A DNA stretch of 64,000 nucleotides from Neoechinorhynchus agilis (Eukaryota; Animalia; Acanthocephala): NCBI GenBank assembly GCA_051530055.1, contig CM121341.1, positions 15,230,784 through 15,294,783 on the forward strand, written 5' to 3'. A program made the position numbers and the translations under genes. The notes below the pieces were generated by a model. That model made no database searches and was not told the origin of the DNA. It saw only the letters and a program-made list of their open reading frames with translations. This document shows, one piece after another, positions 1-15,000 of this stretch (its first letter is position 1; each line of letters starts with the position of its first letter).

Positions 1-3000
1 ATTAATCCGTATAAAAATCGTGGGATAAATCGTGGCGATCGGGATGCCTTTTTAGAGCTATGGTTCAAATATTCAACGAAAATGTATAAACGGTTGAAAA
101 AATGTAAGATGTTTATTGGCACCATTTGAATACTTTACAAATGGCTTCCTAACATCCTCTGAGTATTCTTTGCCTTCCCGGCGATTAATCCGTATTAAAA
201 TTGTATGACAAATCGTGGCGGACGGCATGTCTCGGAGAGCAAAGTAAAAAATATTAAAATAAAAAGTATAAAAAGTTTAATCAATGTAAGATGTTTGTTG
301 GCACCATTTGAATACTTTACAAATGGCTTCCTAACATCCTCTGAGTATTCTTTGCCTTCCCGGCGATTAATCCGTATTAAAATTGTAGGACAAATCGTGG
401 CGGACGGCATGTCTCGGAGAGCTAAGTAAAAAATATTCATATAAAAAGTATAAACAGTTCAAAAATGTAAGATGTTTATTGGCACCATTTGAAAAGTTTA
501 CAAATGGCTTCCTAACATCCTCTGAGTATTCTTTGCCTTCCCGGCGATTAATCCGTATTAAAATTGTAGGATAAATCGTGGCGGTCGGGATGCCTTTTTA
601 GAGCTATGGTTCAAATATTATACGAAAATGTATAAACGGTTGAAAAATGTAAGATGTTTATTGGCACCATTTGAATACTTTACAAATGGCTTCCTAACAT
701 CCTCTGAGTATTCTTTGCCTTCCCGGCGATTAATCCGTATTAAAATTGTAGGACAAATCGTGGCGGTCGGCATGTCTCGGAGAGCTAAGTAAAAAATATT
801 CATATAAAAAGTATAAACAGTTCAAAAATATTCTTTGCCTTCCCGGCGATTAATCCGTATTAAAATTGTAGGACAAATCGTGGCGGACGGCATGTCTCGG
901 AGAGCTAAGTAAAAAATATTCATATAAAAAGTATAAACAGTTCAAAAATGTAAGATGTTTATTGGCACCATTTGAATACTTTACAAATGGCTTCCTAACA
1001 TCCTCTGAGTATTCTTTGCCTTCCCGGCGATTAATCCGTATTAAAATTGTAGGACAAATCGTGGCGGTCGGCATGTCTCGGAGAGCTAAGTAAAAAATAT
1101 TCATATAAAAAGTATAAACAGTTCAAAAATGTAAGATGTTTATTGGCACCATTTGAATACTTTACAAATGGCTTCCTAACATCCTCTGAGTATTCTTTGC
1201 CTTCCCGGCGATTAATCCGTATTAAAATTGTAGGACAAATCGTGGCGGACGGCATGTCTCGGAGAGCTAAGTAAAAAATATTCAAATAAAAAGTATAAAA
1301 AGTTCAAAAATGTAAGATGTTTATTGGCACCATTTGAATACTTTACAAATGGCTTCCTAACATCCTCTGAGTATTCTTTGCCTTCCCGGCGATTAATCCG
1401 TATTAAAATTGTAGGACAAATCGTGGCGGACGGCATGTCTCGGAGAGCTAAGTAAAAAATATTCATATAAAAAGTATAAACAGTTCAAAAATGTAAGATG
1501 TTTATTGGCACCATTTGAATACTTTACAAATGGCTTCCTAACATCCTCTGAGTATTCTTTGCCTTCCCGGCGATTAATCCGTATTAAAATTGTAGGACAA
1601 ATCGTGGCGGACGGCATGTCTCGGAGAGCTAAGTAAAAAATATTCATATAAAAAGTATAAACAGTTCAAAAATGTAAGATGTTTATTGGCACCATTTGAA
1701 TACTTTACAAATGGCTTCCTAACATCCTCTGAGTATTCTTTGCCTTCCCGGCGATTAATCCGTATTAAAATTGTAGGACAAATCGTGGCGGACGGCATGT
1801 CTCGGAGAGCTAAGTAAAAAATATTCATATAAAAAGTATAAACAGTTCAAAAATGTAAGATGTTTATTGGCACCATTTGAATACTTTACAAATGGCTTCC
1901 TAACATCCTCTGAGTATTCTTTGCCTTCCCGGCGATTAATCCGTATTAAAATTGTAGGACAAATCGTGGCGGTCGGGATGCCTTTTTAGAGCTATGGTTC
2001 AAATATTAAACGAAAATGTATAAACGGTTGAAAAAATGTAAGATGTTTATTGGCACCATTTGAATACTTTACAAATGGCTTCCTAACATCCTCTGAGTAT
2101 TCTTTGCCTTCCCGGCGATTAATCCGTATTAAAATTGTATGACAAATCGTGGCGGTCGGCATGTCTCGGAGAGCTAAGTAAAAAATATTCATATAAAAAG
2201 TATAAAGAGTTCAAAAATGTAAGATGTTTATTGGCACCATTTGAATACTTTACAAATGGCTTCCTAACATCTTCTGAGTATTCTTTGCCTTCCCGGCGAT
2301 TAATCCGTATTAAAATTGTAGGACAAATCGTGGCGGACGGCATGTCTCGGAGAGCAAAGTAAAAAATATTAAAATAAAAAGTATAAAAAGTTTAATCAAT
2401 GTAAGATGTTTATTGGCACCATTTGAATACTTTACAAATGGCTTCCTAACATCCTCTGAGTATTCTTTGCCTTCCCGGCGATTAATCCGTATTAAAATTG
2501 TAGGACAAATCGTGGCGGACGGCATGTCTCGGAGAGCTAAGTAAAAAATATTCATATAAAAAGTATAAACAGTTCAAAAATGTAAGATGTTTATTGGCAC
2601 CATTTGAATACTTTACAAATGGCTTCCTAACATCCTCTGAGTATTCTTTGCCTTCCCGGCGATTAATCCGTATTAAAATTGTAGGACAAATCGTGGCGGA
2701 CGGCATGTCTCGGAGAGCTAAGTAAAAAATATTCATATAAAAAGTATAAACAGTTCAAAAATGTAAGATGTTTATTGGCACCATTTGAATACTTTACAAA
2801 TGGCTTCCTAACATCCTCTGAGTATTCTTTGCCTTCCCGGCGATTAATCCGTATTAAAATTGTAGGACAAATCGTGGCGGACGGCATGTCTCGGAGAGCT
2901 AAGTAAAAAATATTCATATAAAAAGTATAAACAGTTCAAAAATGTAAGATGTTTATTGGCACCATTTGAATACTTTACAAATGGCTTCCTAACATCCTCT

Positions 3001-6000
3001 GAGTATTCTTTGCCTTCCCGGCGATTAATCCGTATTAAAATTGTAGGACAAATCGTGGCGGACGGCATGTCTCGGAGAGCTAAGTAAAAAATATTCATAT
3101 AAAAAGTATAAAAAGTTTAAGATGTTTATTGGCACCATTTGAATACTTTACAAATGGCTTCCTAACATCCTCTGAGTATTCTTTGCCTTCCCGGCGATTA
3201 ATCCGTATTAAAATTGTAGGACAAATCGTGGCGGTCGGCATGTCTCGGAGAGCTAAGTAAAAAATATTCATATAAAAAGTATAAACAGTTCAAAAATGTA
3301 AGATGTTTATTGGCACCATTTGAATACTTTACAAACGGCTTCCTAACATCTTCTGAGTATTCTTTGCCTTCCCGGCGATTAATCCGTATTAAAATTGTAG
3401 GACAAATCGTGGCGGTCGGCATGTCTCTTTAGAGCTAAGGTACAAATATTCAACGAAAAAGTATAAAAAGTTCAAAAAAATGTAAGATATTTATTCGCAC
3501 CATTTGAATACTTTACAAATGGCTTCCTAACATCCTCTGAGTATTCTTTGCCTTCCCGGCGATTAATCCGTATTAAAATTGTAGGACAAATCGTGGCGGA
3601 CGGCATGTCTCGGAGAGCTAAGTAAAAAATATTCATATAAAAAGTATAAACAGTTCAAAAATGTAAGATGTTTATTGGCACCATTTGAATACTTTACAAA
3701 TGGCTTCCTAACATCCTCTGAGTATTCTTTGCCTTCCCGGCGATTAATCCGTATTAAAATTGTAGGACAAATCGTGGCGGACGGCATGTCTCGGAGAGCT
3801 AAGTAAAAAATATTCATATAAAAAGTATAAAAAGTTCAAAAAATGTAAGATGTTTATTGGCACCATTTGAATACTTTACAAATGGCTTCCTAACATCCTC
3901 TGAGTATTCTTTGCCTTCCCGGCGATTAATCCGTATTAAAATTGTAGGACAAATCGTGGCGGACGGCATGTCTCGGAGAGCTAAGTAAAAAATATTCATA
4001 TAAAAAGTATAAACAGTTCAAAAATGTAAGATGTTTATTGGCACCATTTGAAAAGTTTACAAATGGCTTCCTAACATCCTCTGAGTATTCTTTGCCTTCC
4101 CGGCGATTAATCCGTATTAAAATTGTAGGACAAATCGTGGCGGACGGCATGTCTCGGAGAGCTAAGTAAAAAATATTCATATAAAAAGTATAAACAGTTC
4201 AAAAATGTAAGATGTTTATTGGCACCATTTGAATACTTTACAAATGGCTTCCTAACATCTTCTGAGTATTCTTTGCCTTCCCGACGATTAATCCGTATTA
4301 AAATTGTAGGACAAATCGTGGCGGTCGGCATGTCTCTTTTTAGCTATGGTTCAAATCTTCAACGAAAAAGTATAAAAAGTTCAAAAAAAGTAAGATATTT
4401 ATTCCCACCATTTGAATACTTTACAAATGGCTTCCTAACATCTTCTGGGTATTATTTCCCTTCACGGCGATTAATCCGTATTAAAATTGTAGGACAAATC
4501 GTGGCGGACGGCATGTCTCGGAGAGCTAAGTAAAAAATATTCATATAAAAAGTATAAACAGTTCAAAAATGTAAGATGTTTATTGGCACCATTTGAATAC
4601 TTTACAAATGGCTTCCTAACATCCTCTGAGTATTCTTTGCCTTCCCGGCGATTAATCCGTATTAAAATTGTAGGACAAATCGTGGCGATCGGCATGCCTT
4701 TTTAGAGCTATGGTTAAAATATTCAACGAAAAAGTATAAACAGTTGAAAAAATGTAAGATGTTTATTGGCACCATTTGAATACTTTACAAATGGCTTCCT
4801 AACATCCTCTGAGTATTCTTTGCCTTCCCGGCGATTAATCCGTATTAAAATTGTAGGACAAATCGTGGCGGACGGCATGTCTCGGAGAGCTAAGTAAAAA
4901 ATATTCATATAAAAAGTATAAAGAGTTCAAAAATGTAAGATGTTTATTGGCACCATTTGAATACTTTACAAATGGCTTCCTAACATCCTCTGAGTATTCT
5001 TTGCCTTCCCGGCGATTAATCCGTATTAAAATTGTAGGACAAATCGTGGCGGTCGGCATGCCTTTTTAGAGCTATGGTTCAAATATTCAACGAAAAAGTA
5101 TAAACAGTTCAAAAAATGTAAGATGTTTATTGGCACCATTTGAATACTTTACAAATGGCTTCCTAACATCCTCTGAGTATTCTTTGCCTTCCCGGCGATT
5201 AATCCGTATTAAAATTGTAGGACAAATCGTGGCGGACGGCATGTCTCGGAGAGCTAAGTAAAAAATATTCATATAAAAAGTATAAACAGTTCAAAAATGT
5301 AAGATGTTTATTGGCACCATTTGAATACTTTACAAATGGCTTCCTAACATCTTCTGAGTATTCTTTGCCTTCCCGGCGATTAATCCGTATTAAAATTGTA
5401 GGACAAATCGTGGCGGTCGGCATGTCTCTTTGAGCTAAGGTACAAATCTTCAACGAAAAAGTATAAAAAGTTCAAAAAAAGTAAGATATTTATTCGCACC
5501 ATTTGAATACTTTACAAATGGCTTCCTAACATCTTCTGGGTATTATTTCCCTTCACGGCGATTAATCCGTATTAAAATTGTAGGACAAATCGTGGCGGAC
5601 GGCATGTCTCGGAGAGCTAAGTAAAAAATATTCATATAAAAAGTATAAACAGTTCAAAAATGTAAGATGTTTATTGGCACCATTTGAATACTTTACAAAT
5701 GGCTTCCTAACATCCTCTGAGTATTCTTTGCCTTCCCGGCGATTAATCCGTATTAAAATTGTAGGACAAATCGTGGCGGTCGGCATGTCTCGGAGAGCTA
5801 AGTAAAAAATATTCAAATAAAAAGTATAAACAGTTGAAAAAATGTAAGATGTTTATTGGCACCATTTGAATACTTTACAAATGGCTTCCTAACATCCTCT
5901 GAGTATTCTTTGCCTTCCCGGCGATTAATCCGTATTAAAATTGTAGGACAAATCGTGGCGGACGGCATGTCTCGGAGAGCTAAGTAAAAAATATTCATAT

Positions 6001-9000
6001 AAAAAGTATAAACAGTTCAAAAATGTAAGATGTTTATTGGCACCATTTGAATACTTTACAAATGGCTTCCTAACATCTTCTGAGTATTCTTTGCCTTCCC
6101 GGCGATTAATCCGTATTAAAATTGTAGGACAAATCGTGGCGGTCGGCATGCCTTTTTAGAGCTATGGTTCAAATATTCAACGAAAAAGTATAAACAGTTT
6201 AAAAAATGTAAGATGTTTATTGGCACCATTTGAATACTTTACAAATGGCTTCCTAACATCCTCTGAGTATTCTTTGCCTTCCCGGCGATTAATCCGTATT
6301 AAAATTGTAGGACAAATCGTGGCGGACGGCATGTCTCGGAGAGCTAAGTAAAAAATATTCATATAAAAAGTATAAAGAGTTCAAAAATGTAAGATGTTTA
6401 TTGGCACCATTTGAATACTTTACAAATGGCTTCCTAACATCCTCTGAGTATTCTTTGCCTACCCGACGATTAATCCGTATTAAAATTGTGGGACAAATCG
6501 TGGCGGTCGGCATGTCTCTTTTTAGCTATGGTTCAAATCTTCAACGAAAAAGTATAAAAAGTTCAAAAAAAAGGTAAGATATTTATTCCCACCATTTGAA
6601 TACTTTACAAATGGCTTCCTAACATCTTCTGGGTATTATTTCCCTTCACGGCGATTAATCCGTATTAAAATTGTAGGACAAATCGTGGTGGACGACATGT
6701 CTCGGAGAGCTAAGTAAAAAATATTCATATAAAAAGTATAAACAGTTCAAAAATGTAAGATGTTTATTGGCACCATTTGAATACTTTACAAATGGCTTCC
6801 TAACATCCTCTGAGTATTCTTTGCCTTCCCGGCGATTAATCCGTATAAAAATCGTGGGATAAATCGTGGCGATCGGGATGCCTTTTTAGAGCTATGGTTC
6901 AAATATTCAACGAAAATGTATAAACGGTTGAAAAAATGTAAGATGTTTATTGGCACCATTTGAATACTTTACAAATGGCTTCCTAACATCCTCTGAGTAT
7001 TCTTTGCCTTCCCGGCGATTAATCCGTATTAAAATTGTAGGACAAATCGTGGCGGACGGCATGTCTCGGAGAGCAAAGTAAAAAATATTAAAATAAAAAG
7101 TATAAAAAGTTTAATCAATGTAAGATGTTTGTTGGCACCATTTGAATACTTTACAAATGGCTTCCTAACATCCTCTGAGTATTCTTTGCCTTCCCGGCGA
7201 TTAATCCGTATTAAAATTGTAGGACAAATCGTGGCGGACGGCATGTCTCGGAGAGCTATGTAAAAAATATTCATATAAAAAGTATAAACAGTTCAAAAAT
7301 GTAAGATGTTTATTGGCACCATTTGAAAAGTTTACAAACGGCTTCCTAACATCCTCTGAGTATTCTTTGCCTTCCCGGCGATTAATCCGTATAAAAATCG
7401 TCGGATAAATCGTGGCGATCGGGATGCCTTTTTAGAGCTATGGTTCAAATATTCAACGAAAATGTATAAACGGTTGAAAAAATGTAAGATGTTTATTGGC
7501 ACCATTTGAATACTTTACAAATGGCTTCCTAACATCCTCAGAGTATTCTTTGCCTTCCCGGCGATTAATCCGTATAAAAATCGTGGGATAAATCGTGGCG
7601 ATCGGGATGCCTTTTTAGAGCTATGGTTCAAATATTAAAACGAAAATGTATAAACGGTTGAAAAAATGTAAGATGTTTATTTTCACCATTTGAATACTTT
7701 ACAAATGGCTTCCTAACATCTTCTGAGTATTCTTTGCCTTCCCGACGATTAATCCGTATTAAAATTGTATGACAAATCGTGGCGGTCGGCATGTCTCGGA
7801 GAGCTAAGTAAAAAATATTCATATAAAAAGTATAAAGAGTTCAAAAATGTAAGATGTTTATTGGCACCATTTGAATACTTTACAAATGGCTTCCTAACAT
7901 CTTCTGAGTATTCTTTGCCTTCCCGGCGATTAATCCGTATTAAAATTGTAGGACAAATCGTGGCGGTCGGCATGTCTCTTTAGAGCTAAGGTACAAATCT
8001 TCAACGAAAAAGTATAAAAAGTTCAAAAAAATGTAAGATATTTATTCGCACCATTTGAATACTTTACAAATGGCTTCCTAACATCCTCTGAGTATTCTTT
8101 GCCTTCCCGGCGATTAATCCGTATTAAAATTGTAGGACAAATCGTGGCGGACGGCATGTCTCGGAGAGCTAAGTAAAAAATATTCATATAAAAAGTATAA
8201 ACAGTTCAAAAATGTAAGATGTTTATTGGCACCATTTGAATACTTTACAAATGGCTTCCTAACATCCTCTGAGTATTCTTTGCCTTCCCGGCGATTAATC
8301 CGTATTAAAATTGTAGGACAAATCGTGGCGGTCGGCATGTCTCGGAGAGCTAAGTAAAAAATATTCATATAAAAAGTATAAAAAGTTTAAAAAATGTAAG
8401 ATGTTTATTGGCACCATTTGAATACTTTACAAATGGCTTCCTAACATCCTCTGAGTATTCTTTGCCTTCCCGGCGATTAATCCGTATTAAAATTGTAGGA
8501 CAAATCGTGGCGGACGGCATGTCTCGGAGAGCAAAGTAAAAAATATTAAAATAAAAAGTATAAAAAGTTTAATCAATGTAAGATGTTTGTTGGCACCATT
8601 TGAATACTTTACAAATGGCTTCCTAACATCCTCTGAGTATTCTTTGCCTTCCCGGCGATTAATCCGTATTAAAATTGTAGGACAAATCGTGGCGGACGGC
8701 ATGTCTCGGAGAGCTAAGTAAAAAATATTCATATAAAAAGTATAAACAGTTCAAAAATGTAAGATGTTTATTGGCACCATTTGAAAAGTTTACAAATGGC
8801 TTCCTAACATCCTCTGAGTATTCTTTGCCTTCCCGGCGATTAATCCGTATTAAAATTGTAGGACAAATCGTGGCGGACGGCATGTCTCGGAGAGCTAAGT
8901 AAAAAATATTCATATAAAAAGTATAAACAGTTCAAAAATGTAAGATGTTTATTGGCACCATTTGAATACTTTACAAATGGCTTCCTAACATCCTCTGAGT

Positions 9001-12000
9001 ATTCTTTGCCTTCCCGGCGATTAATCCGTATTAAAATTGTAGGACAAATCGTGGCGGACGGCATGTCTCGGAGAGCTAAGTAAAAAATATTCATATAAAA
9101 AGTATAAAAAGTTTAAAAAATGTAAGATGTTTATTGGCACCATTTGAATACTTTACAAATGGCTTCCTAACATCTTCTGAGTATTCTTTGCCTTCCCGGC
9201 GATTAATCCGTATTAAAATTGTAGGACAAATCGTGGCGGTCGGCATGTCTCGGAGAGCTAAGTAAAAAATATTCATATAAAAAGTATAAAGAGTTCAAAA
9301 ATGTAAGATGTTTATTGGCACCATTTGAATACTTTACAAATGGCTTCCTAACATCCTCTGAGTATTCTTTGCCTTCCCGGCGATTAATCCGTATTAAAAT
9401 TGTAGGACAAATCGTGGCGGACGGCATGTCTCGGAGAGCTAAGTAAAAAATATTCATATAAAAAGTATAAACAGTTCAAAAATGTAAGATGTTTATTGGC
9501 ACCATTTGAAAAGTTTACAAACGGCTTCCTAACATCTTCTGAGTATTCTTTGCCTTCCCGGCGATTAATCCGTATTAAAATTGTAGGACAAATCGTGGCG
9601 GACGGCATGTCCCGGAGAGCTAAGTAAAAAATATTCATATAAAAAGTATAAAGAGTTCAAAAATGTAAGATGTTTATTGGCACCATTTGAAAAGTTTACA
9701 AATGGCTTCCTAACATCCTCTGAGTATTCTTTGCCTTCCCGGCGATTAATCCGTATTAAAATTGTAGGACAAATCGTGGCGGACGGCATGTCTCGGAGAG
9801 CTAAGTAAAAAATATTCATATAAAAAGTATAAAAAGTTTAAAAAATGTAAGATGTTTATTGGCACCATTTGAATACTTTACAAATGGCTTCCTAACATCT
9901 TCTGAGTATTCTTTGCCTACCCGACGATTAATCCGTATTAAAATTGTAGGACAAATCGTGGCGGTCGGCATGTCTCTTTTTAGCTATGGTTCAAATCTTC
10001 AACGAAAAAGTATAAAAAGTTCAAAAAAAAGTAAGATATTTATTCCCACCATTTGAATACTTTACAAATGGCTTCCTAACATCCTCTGAGTATTCTTTGC
10101 CTTCCCGGCGATTAATCCGTATTAAAATTGTAGGACAAATCGTGGCGGACGGCATGTCTCGGAGAGCTAAGTAAAAAATATTCATATAAAAAGTATAAAC
10201 AGTTCAAAAATGTAAGATGTTTATTGGCACCATTTGAATACTTTACAAATGGCTTCCTAACATCCTCTGAGTATTCTTTGCCTTCCCGGCGATTAATCCG
10301 TATTAAAATTGTAGGACAAATCGTGGCGGTCGGCATGTCTCGGAGAGCTAAGTAAAAAATATTCATATAAAAAGTATAAAAAGTTCAAAAATGTAAGATG
10401 TTTATTGGCACCATTTGAATACTTTACAAATGGCTTCCTAACATCTTCTGAGTATTCTTTGCCTTCCCGGCGATTAATCCGTATTAAAATTGTAGGACAA
10501 ATCGTGGCGGACGGCATGTCTCGGAGAGCTAAGTAAAAAATATTCATATAAAAAGTATAAAAAGTTTAAAAAATGTAAGATGTTTATGGCACCATTTGAA
10601 TACTTTACAAATGGCTTCCTAACATCTTCTGAGTATTCTTTGCCTTCCCGGCGATTAATCCGTATTAAAATTGTAGGACAAATCGTGGCGGACGGCATGT
10701 CTCGGAGAGCTAAGTAAAAAATATTCATATAAAAAGTATAAAGAGTTCAAAAAAGTAAGATGTTTATTGGCACCATTTGAAAAGTTTACAAACGGCTTCC
10801 TAACATCCTCTGAGTATTCTTTGCCTTCCCGGCGATTAATCCGTATTAAAATTGTAGGACAAATCGTGGCGGACGGCATGTCTCGGAGAGCTAAGTAAAA
10901 AATATTCATATAAAAAGTATAAACAGTTCAAAAATGTAAGATGTTTATTGGCACCATTTGAAAAGTTTACAAACGGCTTCCTAACATCTTCTGAGTATTC
11001 TTTGCCTTCCCGGCGATTAATCCGTATTAAAATTGTAGGACAAATCGTGGCGGTCGGCATGTCCCGGATAGCTAAGTAAAAAATATTCATATAAAAAGTA
11101 TAAAAAGTTTAAAAAATGTAAGATGTTTATTGGCACCATTTGAATACTTTACAAATGGCTTCCTAACATCTTCTGAGTATTCTTTGCCTTCCCGGCGATT
11201 AATCCGTATTAAAATTGTAGGACAAATCGTGGCGGACGGCATGTCTCGGAGAGCTAAGTAAAAAATATTCATATAAAAAGTATAAACAGTTCAAAAATGT
11301 AAGATGTTTATTGGCACCATTTGAATACTTTACAAATGGCTTCCTAACATCCTCTGAGTATTCTTTGCCTTCCCGACGATTAATCCGTATTAAAATTGTA
11401 GGACAAATCGTGGCGGTCGGCATGTCTCTTTTTAGCTATAGTTCAAATATTCAACGAAAAAGTATAAAAAGTTCAAAAAAAAGTAAGATATTTATTTCCA
11501 CCATTTGAATACTTTACAAATGGCTTCCTAACATCTTCTGGGTATTATTTCCCTTCACGGCGATTAATCCGTATTAAAATTGTAGGACAAATCGTGGCGG
11601 ACGGCATGTCTCGGAGAGCTAAGTAAAAAATATTCATATAAAAAGTATAAAAAGTTTAAAAAATGTAAGATGTTTTTGGCACCATTTGAATACTTTACAA
11701 ATGGCTTCCTAACATCTTCTGAGTATTATTTCCCTTCACGGCGATTAATCCGTATTAAAATTGTAGGACAAATCGTGGCGGACGGCATGTCTCGGAGAGC
11801 TAAGTAAAAAATATTCATATAAAAAGTATAAAGAGTTCAAAAAAGTAAGATGTTTATTGGCACCATTTGAAAAGTTTACAAACGGCTTCCTAACATCCTC
11901 TGAGTATTCTTTGCCTTCCCGGCGATTAATCCGTATTAAAATTGTAGGACAAATCGTGGCGGACGGCATGTCTCGGAGAGCTAAGTAAAAAATATTCATA

Positions 12001-15000
12001 TAAAAAGTATAAACAGTTCAAAAATGTAAGATGTTTATTGGCACCATTTGAAAAGTTTACAAACGGCTTCCTAACATCTTCTGAGTATTCTTTGCCTTCC
12101 CGGCGATTAATCCGTATTAAAATTGTAGGACAAATCGTGGCGGTCGGCATGTCCCGGATAGCTAAGTAAAAAATATTCATATAAAAAGTATAAAAAGTTT
12201 AAAAAATGTAAGATGTTTATTGGCACCATTTGAATACTTTACAAATGGCTTCCTAACATCTTCTGAGTATTCTTTGCCTTCCCGGCGATTAATCCGTATT
12301 AAAATTGTAGGACAAATCGTGGCGGACGGCATGTCTCGGAGAGCTAAGTAAAAAATATTCATATAAAAAGTATAAACAGTTCAAAAATGTAAGATGTTTA
12401 TTGGCACCATTTGAATACTTTACAAATGGCTTCCTAACATCCTCTGAGTATTCTTTGCCTTCCCGGCGATTAATCCGTATAAAAATCGTGGGATAAATCG
12501 TGGCGATCGGGATGCCTTTTTAGAGCTATGGTTCAAATATTCAACGAAAATGTATAAACGGTTGAAAAAATGTAAGATGTTTATTGGCACCATTTGAATA
12601 CTTTACAAATGGCTTCCTAACATCCTCTGAGTATTCTTTGCCTTCCCGGCGATTAATCCGTATTAAAATTGTAGGACAAATCGTGGCGGACGGCATGTCT
12701 CGGAGAGCAAAGTAAAAAATATTAATATAAAAAGTATAAAAAGTTTAATCAATGTAAGATGTTTGTTGGCACCATTTGAATACTTTACAAATGGCTTCCT
12801 AACATCTTCTGAGTATTCTTTGCCTTCCCGGCGATTAATCCGTATTAAAATTGTAGGACAAATCGTGGCGGACGGCATGTCTCGGAGAGCTAAGTAAAAA
12901 ATATTCATATAAAAAGTATAAACAGTTCAAAAATGTAAGATGTTTATTGGCACCATTTGAATAGTTTACAAACGGCTTCCTAACATCCTCTGAGTATTCT
13001 TTGCCTTCCCGGCGATTAATCCGTATAAAAATCGTCGGATAAATCGTGGCGATCGGGATGCCTTTTTAGAGCTATGGTTCAAATATTCAACGAAAATGTA
13101 TAAACGGTTGAAAAAATGTAAGATGTTTATTGGCACCATTTGAATACTTTACAAATGGCTTCCTAACATCCTCTGAGTATTCTTTGCCTTCCCGGCGATT
13201 AATCCGTATAAAAATCGTGGGATAAATCGTGGCGATCGGGATGCCTTTTTAGAGCTATGGTTCAAATATTAAAACGAAAATGTATAAACGGTTGAAAAAA
13301 TGTAAGATGTTTATTTTCACCATTTGAATACTTTACAAATGGCTTCCTAACATCTTCTGAGTATTCTTTGCCTTCCCGACGATTAATCCGTATTAAAATT
13401 GTATGACAAATCGTGGCGGTCGGCATGTCTCGGAGAGCTAAGTAAAAAATATTCATATAAAAAGTATAAAGAGTTCAAAAATGTAAGATGTTTATTGGCA
13501 CCATTTGAATACTTTACAAATGGCTTCCTAACATCCTCTGAGTATTCTTTGCCTTCCCGGCGATTAATCCGTATTAAAATTGTAGGACAAATCGTGGCGG
13601 TCGGCATGTCTCGGAGAGCTAAGTAAAAAATATTCATATAAAAAGTATAAAAAGTTCAAAAAATGTAAGATGTTTATTGGCACCATTTGAATACTTTACA
13701 AATGGCTTCCTAACATCCTCTGAGTATTCTTTGCCTTCCCGGCGATTAATCCGTATTAAAATTGTAGGACAAATCGTGGCGGACGGCATGTCTCGGAGAG
13801 CTAAGTAAAAAATATTCAAATAAAAAGTATAAAAGTTTAAACAATGTAAGATGTTTATTGGCACCATTTGAATACTTTACAAATGGCTTCCTAACATCCT
13901 CTGAGTATTCTTTGCCTTCCCGGCGATTAATCCGTATTAAAATTGTAGGACAAATCGTGGCGGACGGCATGTCTCGGAGAGCTAAGTAAAAAATATTCAT
14001 ATAAAAGTATAAACAGTTCAAAAATGTAAGATGTTTATTGGCACCATTTGAATACTTTACAAATGGCTTCCTAACATCCTCTGAGTATTCTTTGCCTTCC
14101 CGGCGATTAATCCGTATTAAAATTGTAGGACAAATCGTGGCGGACGGCATGTCTCGGAGAGCTAAGTAAAAAATATTCATATAAAAAGTATAAACAGTTC
14201 AAAAATGTAAGATGTTTATTGGCACCATTTGAATACTTTACAAATGGCTTCCTAACATCCTCTGAGTATTCTTTGCCTTCCCGGCGATTAATCCGTATTA
14301 AAATTGTAGGACAAATCGTGGCGGACGGCATGTCTCGGAGAGCTAAGTAAAAAATATTCATATAAAAAGTATAAAAAGTTTAAAAAATGTAAGATGTTTA
14401 TGGCACCATTTGAATACTTTACAAATGGCTTCCTAACATCCTCTGAGTATTCTTTGCCTTCCCGGCGATTAATCCGTATTAAAATTGTAGGACAAATCGT
14501 GGCGGACGGCATGTCTCGGAGAGCTAAGTAAAAAATATTCATATAAAAAGTATAAACAGTTCAAAAATGTAAGATGTTTATTGGCACCATTTGAATACTT
14601 TACAAATGGCTTCCTAACATCCTCTGAGTATTCTTTGCCTTCCCGGCGATTAATCCGTATTAAAATTGTAGGACAAATCGTGGCGGACGGCATGTCTCGG
14701 AGAGCTAAGTAAAAAATATTCATATAAAAAGTATAAACAGTTCAAAAATGATGTAAGATATTTATTGCACCATTTGAATACTTTACAAATGGCTTCCTAA
14801 CATCTTCTGAGTATTCTTTGCCTTCCCGGCGATTAATCCGTATTAAAATTGTAGGACAAATCGTGGCGGACGGCATGTCTCGGAGAGCTAAGTAAAAAAT
14901 ATTCATATAAAAAGTATAAACAGTTCAAAAATGTAAGATGTTTATTGGCACCATTTGAATAGTTTACAAATGGCTTCCTAACATCTTCTGAGTATTCTTT

